The notes beneath the pieces were generated by a model. That model was not told the DNA's origin and made no database searches. It worked only from the letters and a program-made list of their open reading frames with translations. A stretch of DNA of 64,000 nt, from the IMG/VR virus record IMGVR_UViG_3300047160_003987; one strand, 5' to 3'. The translations under genes were made by a program, and so were the position numbers. Shown one piece after another: positions 63,877 to 64,000 of the stretch (position 1 is its first letter; each line of letters opens with the position of its first letter). This stretch comes from an uncultured virus (IMG/VR IMGVR_UViG_3300047160_003987). Taxonomy: Duplodnaviria > Heunggongvirae > Uroviricota > Caudoviricetes.

Positions 63877-64000
63877 CTATTCGTCCTGCAGACCGAGATA
63901 GTGTTCAACCATGTCGGCGATGGCGCCGAACCGGGTTGCCCCATAGCCGCGGATGCGACCTTCGTCCGCGCTCTCGCGATAGGCCCCATACTCGCCATTG
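63877..64000 (-). CDS. hypothetical protein, partial (enters from window end)
   Basis: Open frame ...NGEYGAYRESADEGRIRGYG...LQDE*. Confidence 0.45.
   Translation of the reverse strand, partial: NGEYGAYRESADEGRIRGYGATRFGAIADMVEHYLGLQDE

Noticed and set aside
1..64000. Integrase, reverse transcriptase/DGR, transposase, DNA polymerase or primase
   Set aside because: No recognisable catalytic motifs in the ORF track; such genes could lie outside the window, so lifestyle is not called.

Overview
The window is most or all of a tailed dsDNA phage genome of podovirus type, probably infecting an alphaproteobacterium (host is inferred). The minus strand carries a TerS candidate, a ~14.5 kb accessory/fibre block with a 2119-aa repeat protein and a beta-helix tailspike, TerL, P22-like portal, scaffold, N4-gp56-like capsid, tail tubular proteins, ejection proteins, tail fibres and an amidase endolysin. 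Early and replication-type genes include a Cro-like HTH, RuvC-like resolvase, two DNA methyltransferases, an SF2 helicase and a plus-strand ERF/YqaJ recombination operon. I recognised no integrase, primase, polymerase, initiator, tRNA or CRISPR array. The most unusual signals are non-coding. (1) At least eight genes are followed by a second copy of their own last codons and stop; seven copies are diverged, mostly synonymously. The period is 21-28 nt, except for one 822-nt case enclosing a PAPS-reductase-like gene. (2) A four-copy early module has a DnaA-box 12-mer, a sigma70-like promoter, a 5' pentaloop hairpin and a GAGCATCAC-ATG leader. A late-region terminator loop is antisense to that leader. 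(3) A ~520-nt ORF-free, hairpin-rich region with convergent promoters upstream of the helicase operon resembles an RNA-primer/antisense replicon. (4) A 54-aa HiPIP-like Fe-S protein is missed by the ORF track. All calls come from reading motifs by eye; no database searches were run.
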